Assembly: GCA_051744805.1 (NCBI GenBank)
Contig: JBNJDK010000004.1
Location: 1-62,935 of the forward strand
Source: Bacillota bacterium
GTDB lineage: Bacteria > Bacillota > Halanaerobiia > Halanaerobiales > DATFIM01
Length of the DNA stretch: 62,935 bases
Reading direction: 5' to 3'
The notes under the pieces are model-generated. The model ran no database searches. It worked only from the letters and a program-made list of their open reading frames with translations, and was not told the DNA's origin. Below, one piece after another: positions 28,389 through 37,331 of the stretch. The position numbers and the translations under genes were made by a program. Numbering within the stretch: position 1 is the stretch's first letter; each line of letters begins with the position of its first letter.

Positions 28389-28412
28389 ATTTTATCCACT
28401 CCTTGTTATTAA

Positions 28413-28458
28413 TAATAGTTACTATTAATATTTTACCAATTATTATAATCTTTGTCAA
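28413..28458 (-). promoter_or_regulatory. sigma-A promoter of rbr with a 7-1-7 Fur/PerR-type palindrome
   Basis: Minus strand: TTGACA (28458-28453), 17-nt spacer, TAAAAT (28435-28430). A perfect palindrome TAATAGT-N-ACTATTA (28413-27) lies just downstream, and the spacer holds TTATAATAATTGG, close to half of the PerR box TTATAATNATTATAA. Confidence 0.5.
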
Positions 28459-28567
28459 GATAAAAGACTGCCAATTATTAAATATCCTATTTAGTATTAT
28501 ATCACATACTACAATAAAAATTAAATCAGAATTTTTAATTTTCAAAAAATAATTTATCAACTATTAA

Positions 28568-30295
28568 TTAAAAGAAATAATGAGAAAGGAAAAATACCAA
28601 ATTAATTTGAGCAACCCAGTACATCCATAATGTAACTCCAGCAATTGCCAGAAATGGGCTGGCTTCAGTATCAATTTCACTTCTACTTAACATTAATAAA
28701 ACTGCTAAAAATGACGCGCCAAAAATATAAGGTATATATTTATTTAATGGAACATCAGGGAAGAAAAAATATTCTGGAATTGTAATAAAGTAGCCAATAA
28801 CCCCGAAAGCAATCATTATAATAATATAAGAGATATAAACATTATCTAATTTATTTTTTAATCCAGATAAATTAAATCTATTAGCCATAATATAAAGCAA
28901 AATCAAAACAACCCCAGCAGCAAATATAATATGAAAATTTCTAATTACACTTAGAGCGGGAAGGGCTAAGAAATAAATTGGAGCAATAAAAAATACTGAG
29001 TTTTCACCACTAATATCCAATCCTATAACTTCCCAAAATCCAGCCTTTCTTGAACCAATATTAGTTGAATAGTATAAGTCTTTTCTATTATTATTTGTTT
29101 CTGCCCAAACTATTTGCAAACCCTTATCATTATTGGAAATATTAGGGCTATAACTCATTTTATACTGGCTAAAAAGTATATTTCCTAAATTATCATTGTC
29201 AAGATTTTTATTTTCGAATAAATATAATGATGAGTTTATATTTTCAAATTTATTATATATTAAATAATATTTCTCGTCTTTTTTTAAATAATCAATAGAA
29301 GCAATAGTATTATCTCCAAATTTTTCTATTTTCTCTATTGCATTATTTGTTAAAGAAATTTTAGCTTTATTCATAAAAAGTTTACTATCCTCCAGATTGT
29401 AATGATGATAGAAAATATATAAATTATTATCATCTAAAATCATTTCTGGTTTACTATTTTTACCTCTTTTAAAAGCTCTATCAATTATTTGCTTTTCATT
29501 TGAGAAAGTTTCAAAATCTTGATTAGCTACTTCCAAAATTAATTCTCTTTTATTAGTTTTATCTGAAGTACTTGTAAAAAGTTTCGAAGGGTCTTCTCTA
29601 AGATATGTTAAGTATATTTTTTTATCTTCAAATAAAAATTCTGGATAACGAATACCTAATCTTTGACCTTCTTTACTATATTCTATTTTGCTTTTATTTA
29701 TTACCTTATTAGTTTCAGGTATGTATTTTATAAGCTCGATATAGTTTTTATTATCTTTATCTGCTGTTAAAGCAATATAAAATTCATCATTATGTTTATG
29801 ACTTATTAAACTTATTGTATAAGAAAGGTCAGATAAAATAACTTTTTCCTCTTTTATTTTATTGTTCTGGTCAAGATTATAATAAACTAATTCCTGCTTA
29901 GAATCTTTTTCTCCTTCCAGGGTAAACAAATTAATAGATTCACTATCATTAATAACAGAAAAATAATTTAAAGATTGAGCTGTTTTAAATTTTTCTTTTT
30001 CTATAAGCTTACCAGTTAAATCATATTGATTAATAAATAAAGTTTCTTTACTGTTATCAGGATTTTTGTCAATATAAAATAATCTTAAACTATTTTTTTC
30101 AGAAATTACTGAAAAATTATCAGTATATAATTCTGAAACTAAAAGTTGAGGTTCCTCCCAGGCAGGGTCACCAATATAATCAAGTGCATCAAGATCATTC
30201 CTATATTCCAACCAATAAACCAAACTAAAAATAGTTACTAATATTAAACTCAATCCCAAAAATAATAATACAGATTTTAATGTTTTTTCTTTCAT
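28568..30295 (-). CDS. hypothetical membrane protein: N-terminal TM, large extracytoplasmic repeat (beta-propeller-like) domain, C-terminal multi-TM module
   Basis: ATG at 30295 follows AGAGGTG. Strand-like repeats recur (LFYIDKN, VYYNLDQN, LIYNKFEN, LQIVWAETNNNRKDLYYSTNIG). The last 140 aa form about 5 hydrophobic helices. No family recognised. Confidence 0.6.
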   Translation of the reverse strand: MKEKTLKSVLLFLGLSLILVTIFSLVYWLEYRNDLDALDYIGDPAWEEPQLLVSELYTDNFSVISEKNSLRLFYIDKNPDNSKETLFINQYDLTGKLIEKEKFKTAQSLNYFSVINDSESINLFTLEGEKDSKQELVYYNLDQNNKIKEEKVILSDLSYTISLISHKHNDEFYIALTADKDNKNYIELIKYIPETNKVINKSKIEYSKEGQRLGIRYPEFLFEDKKIYLTYLREDPSKLFTSTSDKTNKRELILEVANQDFETFSNEKQIIDRAFKRGKNSKPEMILDDNNLYIFYHHYNLEDSKLFMNKAKISLTNNAIEKIEKFGDNTIASIDYLKKDEKYYLIYNKFENINSSLYLFENKNLDNDNLGNILFSQYKMSYSPNISNNDKGLQIVWAETNNNRKDLYYSTNIGSRKAGFWEVIGLDISGENSVFFIAPIYFLALPALSVIRNFHIIFAAGVVLILLYIMANRFNLSGLKNKLDNVYISYIIIMIAFGVIGYFITIPEYFFFPDVPLNKYIPYIFGASFLAVLLMLSRSEIDTEASPFLAIAGVTLWMYWVAQINLVFFLSHYFF

Positions 30296-30322
30296 AATAA
30301 ACACCTCTACTTAAACTATATA

Positions 30323-30381
30323 AAAATTGCGGTTACCTATGTAAATCCTACAAGAATTAACAAAATGGTAACCGCAATTTT
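30323..30381 (-). terminator. 15-bp perfect inverted repeat with a 29-nt loop and T-run; probable terminator after the permease genes
   Basis: AAAATTGCGGTTACC (30323-37) and GGTAACCGCAATTTT (30367-81). On the minus strand it is followed by TTTTTATATAG. Confidence 0.55.
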
Positions 30382-30425
30382 ATTTCCCTGATTCAAAATC
30401 ACACAAACAAATTTTTTAGAACAAT

Positions 30426-31301
30426 TTAAGATTTTTGAAGTTTAGGATCAAGAGCATCTCTAAGTCCGTCTCCAACAAAGTTAATACTTAAAACAGTCAA
30501 AATAATCATAATTCCTGGTGGTAACCAAAACCAGGGCATTGATTCTAATACTGAAACACTTCTGGCTGCATTAAGCATACTTCCCCAGCTTGCTGTTGGA
30601 GGCATAATTCCAAGTCCAAGATAGGATAATCCAGCTTCAGAAAGTATAGAATAAGCTACTCTCAAAGTAGCATTAACTATAATCGGAGCTAATGCATTTG
30701 GAAAAAGATGTCTTAACATTATCCTCAAATCATTACTTCCTAAGGCACGGGAAGCATGAATAAATTCTCTTTCTCTAAGGGTTAAAACTCTACCTCTTAC
30801 AAGCCGTGCAACACCAGTCCAACTTAATACTCCTATAATAACCATTAATTTATAAAGTCCAGGTCCCCAAATAGCACCAATCGTAATCGCCATAACCAAA
30901 AATGGTATACTCCGGAAAACATCTATAATTCTAGATAAAATCGTATCAACCCAGCCTCCAAAATAGCCGGCCATTAAGCCAATAAGTGTACCAAGTGTTA
31001 CTGAAATTGACATAGCTACAACTCCAACAGATATACTGACTCTACCTCCATATAAAACTCGAGATAAGATATCTCTTCCTACTCTATCTGTCCCCAAAGG
31101 AAATTCACTACTAGGGGCCTGTTTTGCCTGTAAAATATTAGTTTTATTAGGATCATGTGGAGCCAACAAAGGAGCAAAAATAGCCGAAAGTACAATTATT
31201 GTAAGTAAAAACAACCCAAAAAGAGCCATTTTATTTTTCTTAAAGTGTCTCCAGGCCATAGACCAGGGTGATTCTGCTTTTGATTTATTATTTTGGCTCA
31301 T
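30426..31301 (-). CDS. ABC peptide/nickel-type permease (OppC/DppC family)
   Basis: 291 aa with an OppC-type N-terminus and the EAA loop region (REREFIHASRALGSNDLRIMLRHLFPN). Confidence 0.85.
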   Translation of the reverse strand: MSQNNKSKAESPWSMAWRHFKKNKMALFGLFLLTIIVLSAIFAPLLAPHDPNKTNILQAKQAPSSEFPLGTDRVGRDILSRVLYGGRVSISVGVVAMSISVTLGTLIGLMAGYFGGWVDTILSRIIDVFRSIPFLVMAITIGAIWGPGLYKLMVIIGVLSWTGVARLVRGRVLTLREREFIHASRALGSNDLRIMLRHLFPNALAPIIVNATLRVAYSILSEAGLSYLGLGIMPPTASWGSMLNAARSVSVLESMPWFWLPPGIMIILTVLSINFVGDGLRDALDPKLQKS

Positions 31302-31318
31302 TTATATTCCCTCCTTTA

Positions 31319-32272
31319 TCAATCATATTGTATTCGTGGATCGACAATTACATATAAAAAGTCAGCTAATAGATTTCCTAGGAAAACGAGGACAGCAACT
31401 AATACATCTACTCCCATAATTACAGTATAATTTCTCTGCCAGACTGCTCTAACCAAAAGCCTTCCCATACCTGGATAAGAAAAAACTTCTTCTATAATAA
31501 CTGCTCCACCAAATAAAAGTGGTACTGACAGTCCTACCAAAGTTACCACTGGAATCAACGCATTACGCAAAGCATGTTTATAAATAACAACTTTTTCTTT
31601 TAAACCTTTAGCTCTGGCTGTTCTAATATAATCCTCTTTTATAACCTCTAACATACTTGAACGCATATAACGTGTCATACTGGCTACTCTAGCTAATCCT
31701 AAAGCTATTATTGGTAAAGTAGCATGATGTAGATAAGAGAAAAATGTATTTACTCCCATTGCATCTGAAAAACCACCTGAAGGAAACCAGGCTAATTTAA
31801 GAGAAAATGAAAATAAAAGGACAAGCCCAAAGAAAAAACTTGGTATTGAAACACCTAAAAAAGCTCCTAATGTTGCCAAGTAATCAAACAATGAATACTG
31901 CCGCGTAGCCGATATAATACCTATCGGTATCGCCAGGATAATACTTAATAACATTGCACCAATTGTTAAAAAGAGTGTCGGTTTTAATCTTTCAGCAATT
32001 AGTTCATTTACTGGAGCCCTTGTTGAATCCATGGAATAGCCAAAATCTCCAGTTACAAAATCTCCTAACCAGCGTGCATAACGAACAGGAATAGGATCAT
32101 TAAGTCCAAGCTCTTCATATTTAGCCTGCAAGTCTTCCTGAGTAATATTAGGATTCTGCAGACGAGCTATTGGATCACCTGGGGCCATATTAATAAGTAT
32201 AAAAATAAGAAAAGAAACTAATAATATTACTGGAATCCCCTGCAATAATCTACGGATCATATATTGAGACAT
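31319..32272 (-). CDS. ABC peptide/nickel-type permease (OppB/DppB family)
   Basis: 317 aa with the MIRRLLQGIPVIL N-terminus and an EDYIRTARAKGL EAA motif. Confidence 0.85.
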   Translation of the reverse strand: MSQYMIRRLLQGIPVILLVSFLIFILINMAPGDPIARLQNPNITQEDLQAKYEELGLNDPIPVRYARWLGDFVTGDFGYSMDSTRAPVNELIAERLKPTLFLTIGAMLLSIILAIPIGIISATRQYSLFDYLATLGAFLGVSIPSFFFGLVLLFSFSLKLAWFPSGGFSDAMGVNTFFSYLHHATLPIIALGLARVASMTRYMRSSMLEVIKEDYIRTARAKGLKEKVVIYKHALRNALIPVVTLVGLSVPLLFGGAVIIEEVFSYPGMGRLLVRAVWQRNYTVIMGVDVLVAVLVFLGNLLADFLYVIVDPRIQYD

Positions 32273-32302
32273 ATTTTACCCCCTTTTTTAATTATACATA
32301 GA

Positions 32303-32330
32303 GTAGATGGGGTTAGCTAACCCCATCTAC
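32303..32330 (-). repeat. perfect 28-nt palindrome between the SBP gene and permease genes (mRNA hairpin)
   Basis: GTAGATGGGGTTAGCTAACCCCATCTAC. No T-run follows on the coding (minus) strand, so a stabiliser or partial attenuator is more likely than a full terminator. Confidence 0.7.
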
Positions 32331-32387
32331 TTATTTTTGATACTTTTAATCCTATAAAGATATTACTTTATAGTTAACTAATTTAAA

Positions 32388-34043
32388 TTACTTACGCATG
32401 TCTTTTGGAATCCATGTTTCTTTAAGAAGTTCCCATCCCTGACCAAAAGGATTCATAGCTATTGGATTAGGATCAAAACCACGAACTCTCTTATTTATTA
32501 CCTGTGGATATATGTTAGCATACATTGGTAAGTAAGGCATTGACTTATTCCATTCTTTCTGGAATTCTACATAAAGCTGTCTTCTAGTATACTGATCTAG
32601 AGTTGTACGGGCCTCTTCGATAAGTTGATCTGTTTCTTCATTACCATAGCCAACTCTGTTCCAGTCACCTTCTGTATGCCATACATTATATGGATCAGGA
32701 TCAGCACCAAAACTCCAACCCATAAACCATACATCTAGCTCAGCATTGTCAACTCTTTCAGTCATAGTGTTGAATTCTAATTTTCTAATTTCAACATCCA
32801 TACCAATTTCATTTAAATTATCCTGAGCTAAAGCAACTAACTGATTAATAAATTCTGAACCAGAAGATGCATTAATAGTAAATTCTAGTGGTTCACCATT
32901 TTTGTGCCAGACTCCATCTTGCATTTCCCAGCCAGCATCTTTTAGAACTTCTTTTGCTTTTTCCGGGTTATATGGATATTGATTTAAATCATCTGTATAT
33001 GCCCAGCTAGCCTGAGAAATTGGAGAGTTTACATTAACAGCAAGACCATCCATAACCATTTCCTGGAATCCTTTTCTGTTAACACCATAAGCAACAGCCT
33101 GTCTTACAGCCTGATCTGCTACTGGTGAGTCTCCCATGAGATTAAATGCTAAATATCCAAAACCATTTCTGATTTGCTTATGAACAGTTACATTACCAAG
33201 GTCTTTAACTCTATCAAATTGAGAAGCCATTATCTGAGCATAATCAATTTCGCCTTTTTCTAACATAATAACTAATGCAGGTTCATCAACATATCTCCAA
33301 ACTACATTGTCAAGATATGGTCTGCCTTCTCTGTAGTTTTCAAAAGCTGAAAGTCTTGTATATTCATCAGTTTTGTATTCTACAAATTCAAATGGACCTG
33401 AACCAATTGGATTTTGGTTAAAGTCAATTTTTTTCATATCAGCAGGATCATATTCACTAAGAATATGTTCTGGAAGAATTCCAAATCCAGCAGTTGTAGT
33501 TAAGAAAGGAGCATGTACTTTACTTAGTGTGATTTCAATAGTATAATCATCAATTACTTCAATACCTCTAACTTCATCAGCTTCTCCAGCCTGAAATTCT
33601 TCTGCACCAAGGATAGGTGTAAAGTTAGAAGCGCGTACACCAGAATAATCTGGGTGTAAGAACATTTCATAAGTAAACTTTACATCCTCAGCAGTTACAG
33701 GTTCTCCATCATGAAATTCTGCTCTATTGTCTAAAAAGAAAGTATAAGTTTTGTAGTCTTCACTAACTTCCCATTTTTGAGCTAAAGCAGGTTGAGCCTG
33801 GAAATTTTTATCAACATAAGTTAAACCTTCAAAAACAAGGTCAACAATATCAGCATCATAAGTTGTTTCTGAATAAAGCGGATTAAACATACCTTCTGGA
33901 GATTGAGTTTCTGCTAAATGAAGAGTACCTCCATAAGTATAATCTCTAATAACTTCTTCAGGATCCTGATCTTGAGCCATAACTCCAAATCCAACAGCAA
34001 AAACCATTGCTAAAGCTAACGTTAAAACAAGTATTTTTTTCAA
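32388..34043 (-). CDS. ABC substrate-binding protein, family 5 (oligo/dipeptide-type)
   Basis: 551 aa with a signal peptide (MKKILVLTLALAMVFAVGFGVMA) and SBP_bac_5-type patterns. TTG start follows GGGGGGAAAA. Confidence 0.85.
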   Translation of the reverse strand: MKKILVLTLALAMVFAVGFGVMAQDQDPEEVIRDYTYGGTLHLAETQSPEGMFNPLYSETTYDADIVDLVFEGLTYVDKNFQAQPALAQKWEVSEDYKTYTFFLDNRAEFHDGEPVTAEDVKFTYEMFLHPDYSGVRASNFTPILGAEEFQAGEADEVRGIEVIDDYTIEITLSKVHAPFLTTTAGFGILPEHILSEYDPADMKKIDFNQNPIGSGPFEFVEYKTDEYTRLSAFENYREGRPYLDNVVWRYVDEPALVIMLEKGEIDYAQIMASQFDRVKDLGNVTVHKQIRNGFGYLAFNLMGDSPVADQAVRQAVAYGVNRKGFQEMVMDGLAVNVNSPISQASWAYTDDLNQYPYNPEKAKEVLKDAGWEMQDGVWHKNGEPLEFTINASSGSEFINQLVALAQDNLNEIGMDVEIRKLEFNTMTERVDNAELDVWFMGWSFGADPDPYNVWHTEGDWNRVGYGNEETDQLIEEARTTLDQYTRRQLYVEFQKEWNKSMPYLPMYANIYPQVINKRVRGFDPNPIAMNPFGQGWELLKETWIPKDMRK

Positions 34044-34410
34044 GTTATTTTCCCCCCATATAATTTTTGGTATTCTTTAAAATAAAATTTTATATAAATA
34101 TTCTTTAAACGATCACCTCCGCCAAAATGATTTTGAAAATTAAAAATATTAACCAAAAAAATAATTTTTCTGAGTTAAGCATACACTATAATTGTTAAAA
34201 AGTCAAGTATTAGAGGCATAATTAATGTCGATTAACATTGATTAATCAAAAATATTCCGGGAATACTTTACTAAATTAATTATTTTCTTAAAATTATTTT
34301 TTTTATTACTTCTTTACTAAATATATTGAATTTTTACTTTAATATATTAATACTTTATCAAATAAAATGAATTAATCCCGGAATTAATTTGTCAACAATT
34401 TTAAAATTTT

Positions 34411-35280
34411 CTACTTTAAATTATAAAATTCTGCAATATTTGCTTTATCATTCAACACTGATTTTATCTTATCTTTTTTAGCAGTCATTAAAGTTGTAAC
34501 CCCTGGGCCATGCCCCATTTTTATGCAATCACTGTGAACAACTATCCCAATACTACCTGCTCCTTTTTTATACTCACGTCCATAAGTATTATCAGAATCT
34601 TCTAGATAAACTAAATCTCCTAACTTTAATTCATCAATACCGAGATCTTCTATTAGTTCTCTATCACCAGTAGTAATATCATAATCACCCATACCTACAG
34701 TGGAAGCCCCAATACCTGAACCCATTAATTTTCCTGGTATTTTAGCTGCAACTGGAACCTCAATATAATCTTCTTTCTTTTTTACATTCATTTTTTTCAA
34801 TAATTCTGGATCAAGATTAAACAATTTTATATCAGGAAACCCAGGAATTTCTAATCCCTGACCAAAAGCTTTAACTAAAATTTCATCTCCTATTTTCATT
34901 TTTTCTAAATCTTCATTATCAAAATATATAATAACATGATTTATACCACCATGAAGACCAGTTACTATTCCTTCAGCGCCTTCTGCATTTCCACTCACAA
35001 CTTTTGCTTTATTACCTATGCATGTTAATAAACCAAGGCCATAATTATCATTTCTACGATTATCATCAGAAATTTTCATACTAACTCCAGGCTCAATATG
35101 ATCACCGGCCCAGCCAAAAGCAGGATCTCCTACCTGAACATTATATGAAATTCCACCTGTACCTGGTAAAACATTAGCTTTTCCTTCTCGATCAACTCTA
35201 AATGGCAGATTGCCAGCAGCAGGGTGAGAAATTTTTCCCTGTACTGCCTGCATCACCAACTTATTTTCATTAGTTTTCAC
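34411..35280 (-). CDS. conserved hypothetical protein, resembles the DUF4438 family (recalled from memory, unverified)
   Basis: 289-aa soluble, Gly-rich, beta-rich sequence. Last gene of a three-gene operon. Confidence 0.5.
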   Translation of the reverse strand: MKTNENKLVMQAVQGKISHPAAGNLPFRVDREGKANVLPGTGGISYNVQVGDPAFGWAGDHIEPGVSMKISDDNRRNDNYGLGLLTCIGNKAKVVSGNAEGAEGIVTGLHGGINHVIIYFDNEDLEKMKIGDEILVKAFGQGLEIPGFPDIKLFNLDPELLKKMNVKKKEDYIEVPVAAKIPGKLMGSGIGASTVGMGDYDITTGDRELIEDLGIDELKLGDLVYLEDSDNTYGREYKKGAGSIGIVVHSDCIKMGHGPGVTTLMTAKKDKIKSVLNDKANIAEFYNLK

Positions 35281-35297
35281 AATAAAACCTCCTGGTA

Positions 35298-36176
35298 TTA
35301 TTTTAAATATTTTTTCTCAAGTTCAAAACGAGCTGTTTTCAAAGGATCTACTACCTGACAAATTCTGGCATCCCCTATGAGACTTAAAAGCATTGAAGCT
35401 TCTTCAAAATCAAAGTTATAAAATTCAATTAAATAATCTACCATATTATTAGTAGCATCTTTAACTGCCTGATCAAGAGTTTTAGCAGAAGCTATTGTAA
35501 TCACCTTATCATCACTTTCAAGAAATGGAAGTGGCATTTTCTTATTTTTAATAACTTCAATTTTTAATTTCACTTTGCCTGCTGTTTCTGCTCCTGAAAC
35601 AGCTACTTCTCCATCTCCCATAACAGAATGTAAATCTCCTAATGCTAAAAGTCCACCTTCTACATTAACTGGAAGATAAAGAGTATTTCCAGCTGTCATT
35701 CGTTTACAATCCATATTTGCTCCATGATTGCCAGGAGTACCTGTTGGAATTTCATTTTCAGCTGGAGCAGTTCCAATAACACCTATCATTGGTTTAACAG
35801 GAACTTTTATGTTTTCAGAAAAAACAGCCATCCCATTTTCAATTTTTATAATTTTTGTTACAGGCTTTTTTACTCGATCTCCCATTAAACCTTCACCTGG
35901 GGCTAAAACCATAACTGATTGATCAGCTATTTCTATGTCTTCAATTTTAATTTTCAAAATATCTCCTGCTTTTGCATCATTTATATAAACAGGACCTGTC
36001 GCTGGATTTACATAATCCCAATTAAATTCCTCTAAACTATCTTCTTCTGATTTTAATTCATTTTTAAAACAATCATAACTTTCTATTGTTATTTGCTCCC
36101 CGGAATCTATTTCAATAATTCCTTTATTTTGGGGACTCATTTTATAAACTACAGAATCTTTATTGAGTTTTTTCAT
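35298..36176 (-). CDS. acetamidase/formamidase-family amidohydrolase (short form)
   Basis: 292 aa with NPATGPVYI, GNHGANMD and LGDLHSVMGDGEV motifs typical of FmdA/AmdA-like proteins. Confidence 0.75.
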   Translation of the reverse strand: MKKLNKDSVVYKMSPQNKGIIEIDSGEQITIESYDCFKNELKSEEDSLEEFNWDYVNPATGPVYINDAKAGDILKIKIEDIEIADQSVMVLAPGEGLMGDRVKKPVTKIIKIENGMAVFSENIKVPVKPMIGVIGTAPAENEIPTGTPGNHGANMDCKRMTAGNTLYLPVNVEGGLLALGDLHSVMGDGEVAVSGAETAGKVKLKIEVIKNKKMPLPFLESDDKVITIASAKTLDQAVKDATNNMVDYLIEFYNFDFEEASMLLSLIGDARICQVVDPLKTARFELEKKYLK

Positions 36177-36178
36177 TT

Positions 36179-37156
36179 TTATACCTCACTTTCTGAATTA
36201 AAATTTTCATAATGAATAACTTCCTCAATACACTTTTTAGCTGGTGGTTCAGGATTTCTATCAGAATAACCAATAGCTAAAAGAGAAATCAATCTATAAT
36301 CTTTCGGTAAGGAAAAATATTCTTCTATTCCTGAACTATAATCCTTTTTATATCCTGCTACCCAGCATGAATCAAGACCTTGAGCCTTAGCAGAAATTAA
36401 TATATTTTCTGTAGCAGCTGAACCATCTTCAATATCGTGTTCACATTTTTTACTAATTACAGCTATACAAAGTGGAGCTTCAGCTATAAAATCTCCTCCT
36501 GAAGCTATTTCAGTTATTTCCTGTCTTTTCTTCTCATCCTGAATTATTATATATTCTACTGGTTGAATATTTTTACCACTGGGAGCAAGGCGAGCTGTAT
36601 CAATCATTTCAATTATTTTTTCTTTTTCTACTTTTTTATCTTTAAAACTCCTTACAGAACGTCTACTCTTTAAAGCTTCTAAAGTTTCCAACTGGAATTT
36701 GCTGCCCTGACTTAAAATTTTTGCAAATTCTTCAAGATATTTTTTGTCAATATTATCAAATCTACTTTTTACAGGGCTATCAATATCTAAAACTCCAATG
36801 ATTCTATCATCTGCATATAAAGGAACTACAATTTCTGATTCAGAAGCAGAATCACAGGCAATATGTCCTTCAAATTGATGAACATCTTCTACTACATATG
36901 TTTTTTTATCTTCAACTGCACTTCCACAAACTCCATTACCAACTTCAATTCTTATACAGGCAGACAAACCCTGAAAAGGTCCTAAAACTAATTCTTCATT
37001 TTTCATAAGATAAAAGCCAGCCCAGTTAACATCTTCCAGTTCATTAAAAAGCAAAGCAGCTGCATTACTTAAATTAGCGATATAATCTTTTTCATTAGAT
37101 ATTAAAGCTTTCAATTGTTGATTGATTTGTGTTAATTTCTTTTCTTTATCTTCCAT
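36179..37156 (-). CDS. fusion protein: GAF-type free methionine-(R)-sulfoxide reductase domain plus nitroreductase domain
   Basis: N-terminal half has WAGFYL...LSACIRIEVGNGVCGSAV...FEGHIACDSASESEIVVPL, with all three fRMsr-type Cys present. C-terminal half has LKSRRSVRSF...APSGKNIQP, an FMN nitroreductase pattern. ATG at 37156 follows TAGGAGGAA. Confidence 0.75.
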   Translation of the reverse strand: MEDKEKKLTQINQQLKALISNEKDYIANLSNAAALLFNELEDVNWAGFYLMKNEELVLGPFQGLSACIRIEVGNGVCGSAVEDKKTYVVEDVHQFEGHIACDSASESEIVVPLYADDRIIGVLDIDSPVKSRFDNIDKKYLEEFAKILSQGSKFQLETLEALKSRRSVRSFKDKKVEKEKIIEMIDTARLAPSGKNIQPVEYIIIQDEKKRQEITEIASGGDFIAEAPLCIAVISKKCEHDIEDGSAATENILISAKAQGLDSCWVAGYKKDYSSGIEEYFSLPKDYRLISLLAIGYSDRNPEPPAKKCIEEVIHYENFNSESEV

Positions 37157-37331
37157 ATACATTCCTCCTATTAACATTTATATAAATATAATTTGAAAAT
37201 TATAACATTCTACCTTAAATTTTATCACAGCTTACTTTATCATGCAAAATATTTTAATACTATAAACTTTATAAATAAAAAGGAATATATCTGTTTTTAG
37301 AGAATTATTTAGATGAAGGAGATGATAAATA

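Noticed and set aside
34127-34141. CodY-box-like ATGATTTTGAAAATT upstream of the peptide SBP gene, with a similar AATTTTGAAAATT at about 56706
   Set aside because: It matches the AATTTTCWGAAAATT consensus only partially (one half plus a shortened centre). Such A/T palindromes are expected by chance in this composition.
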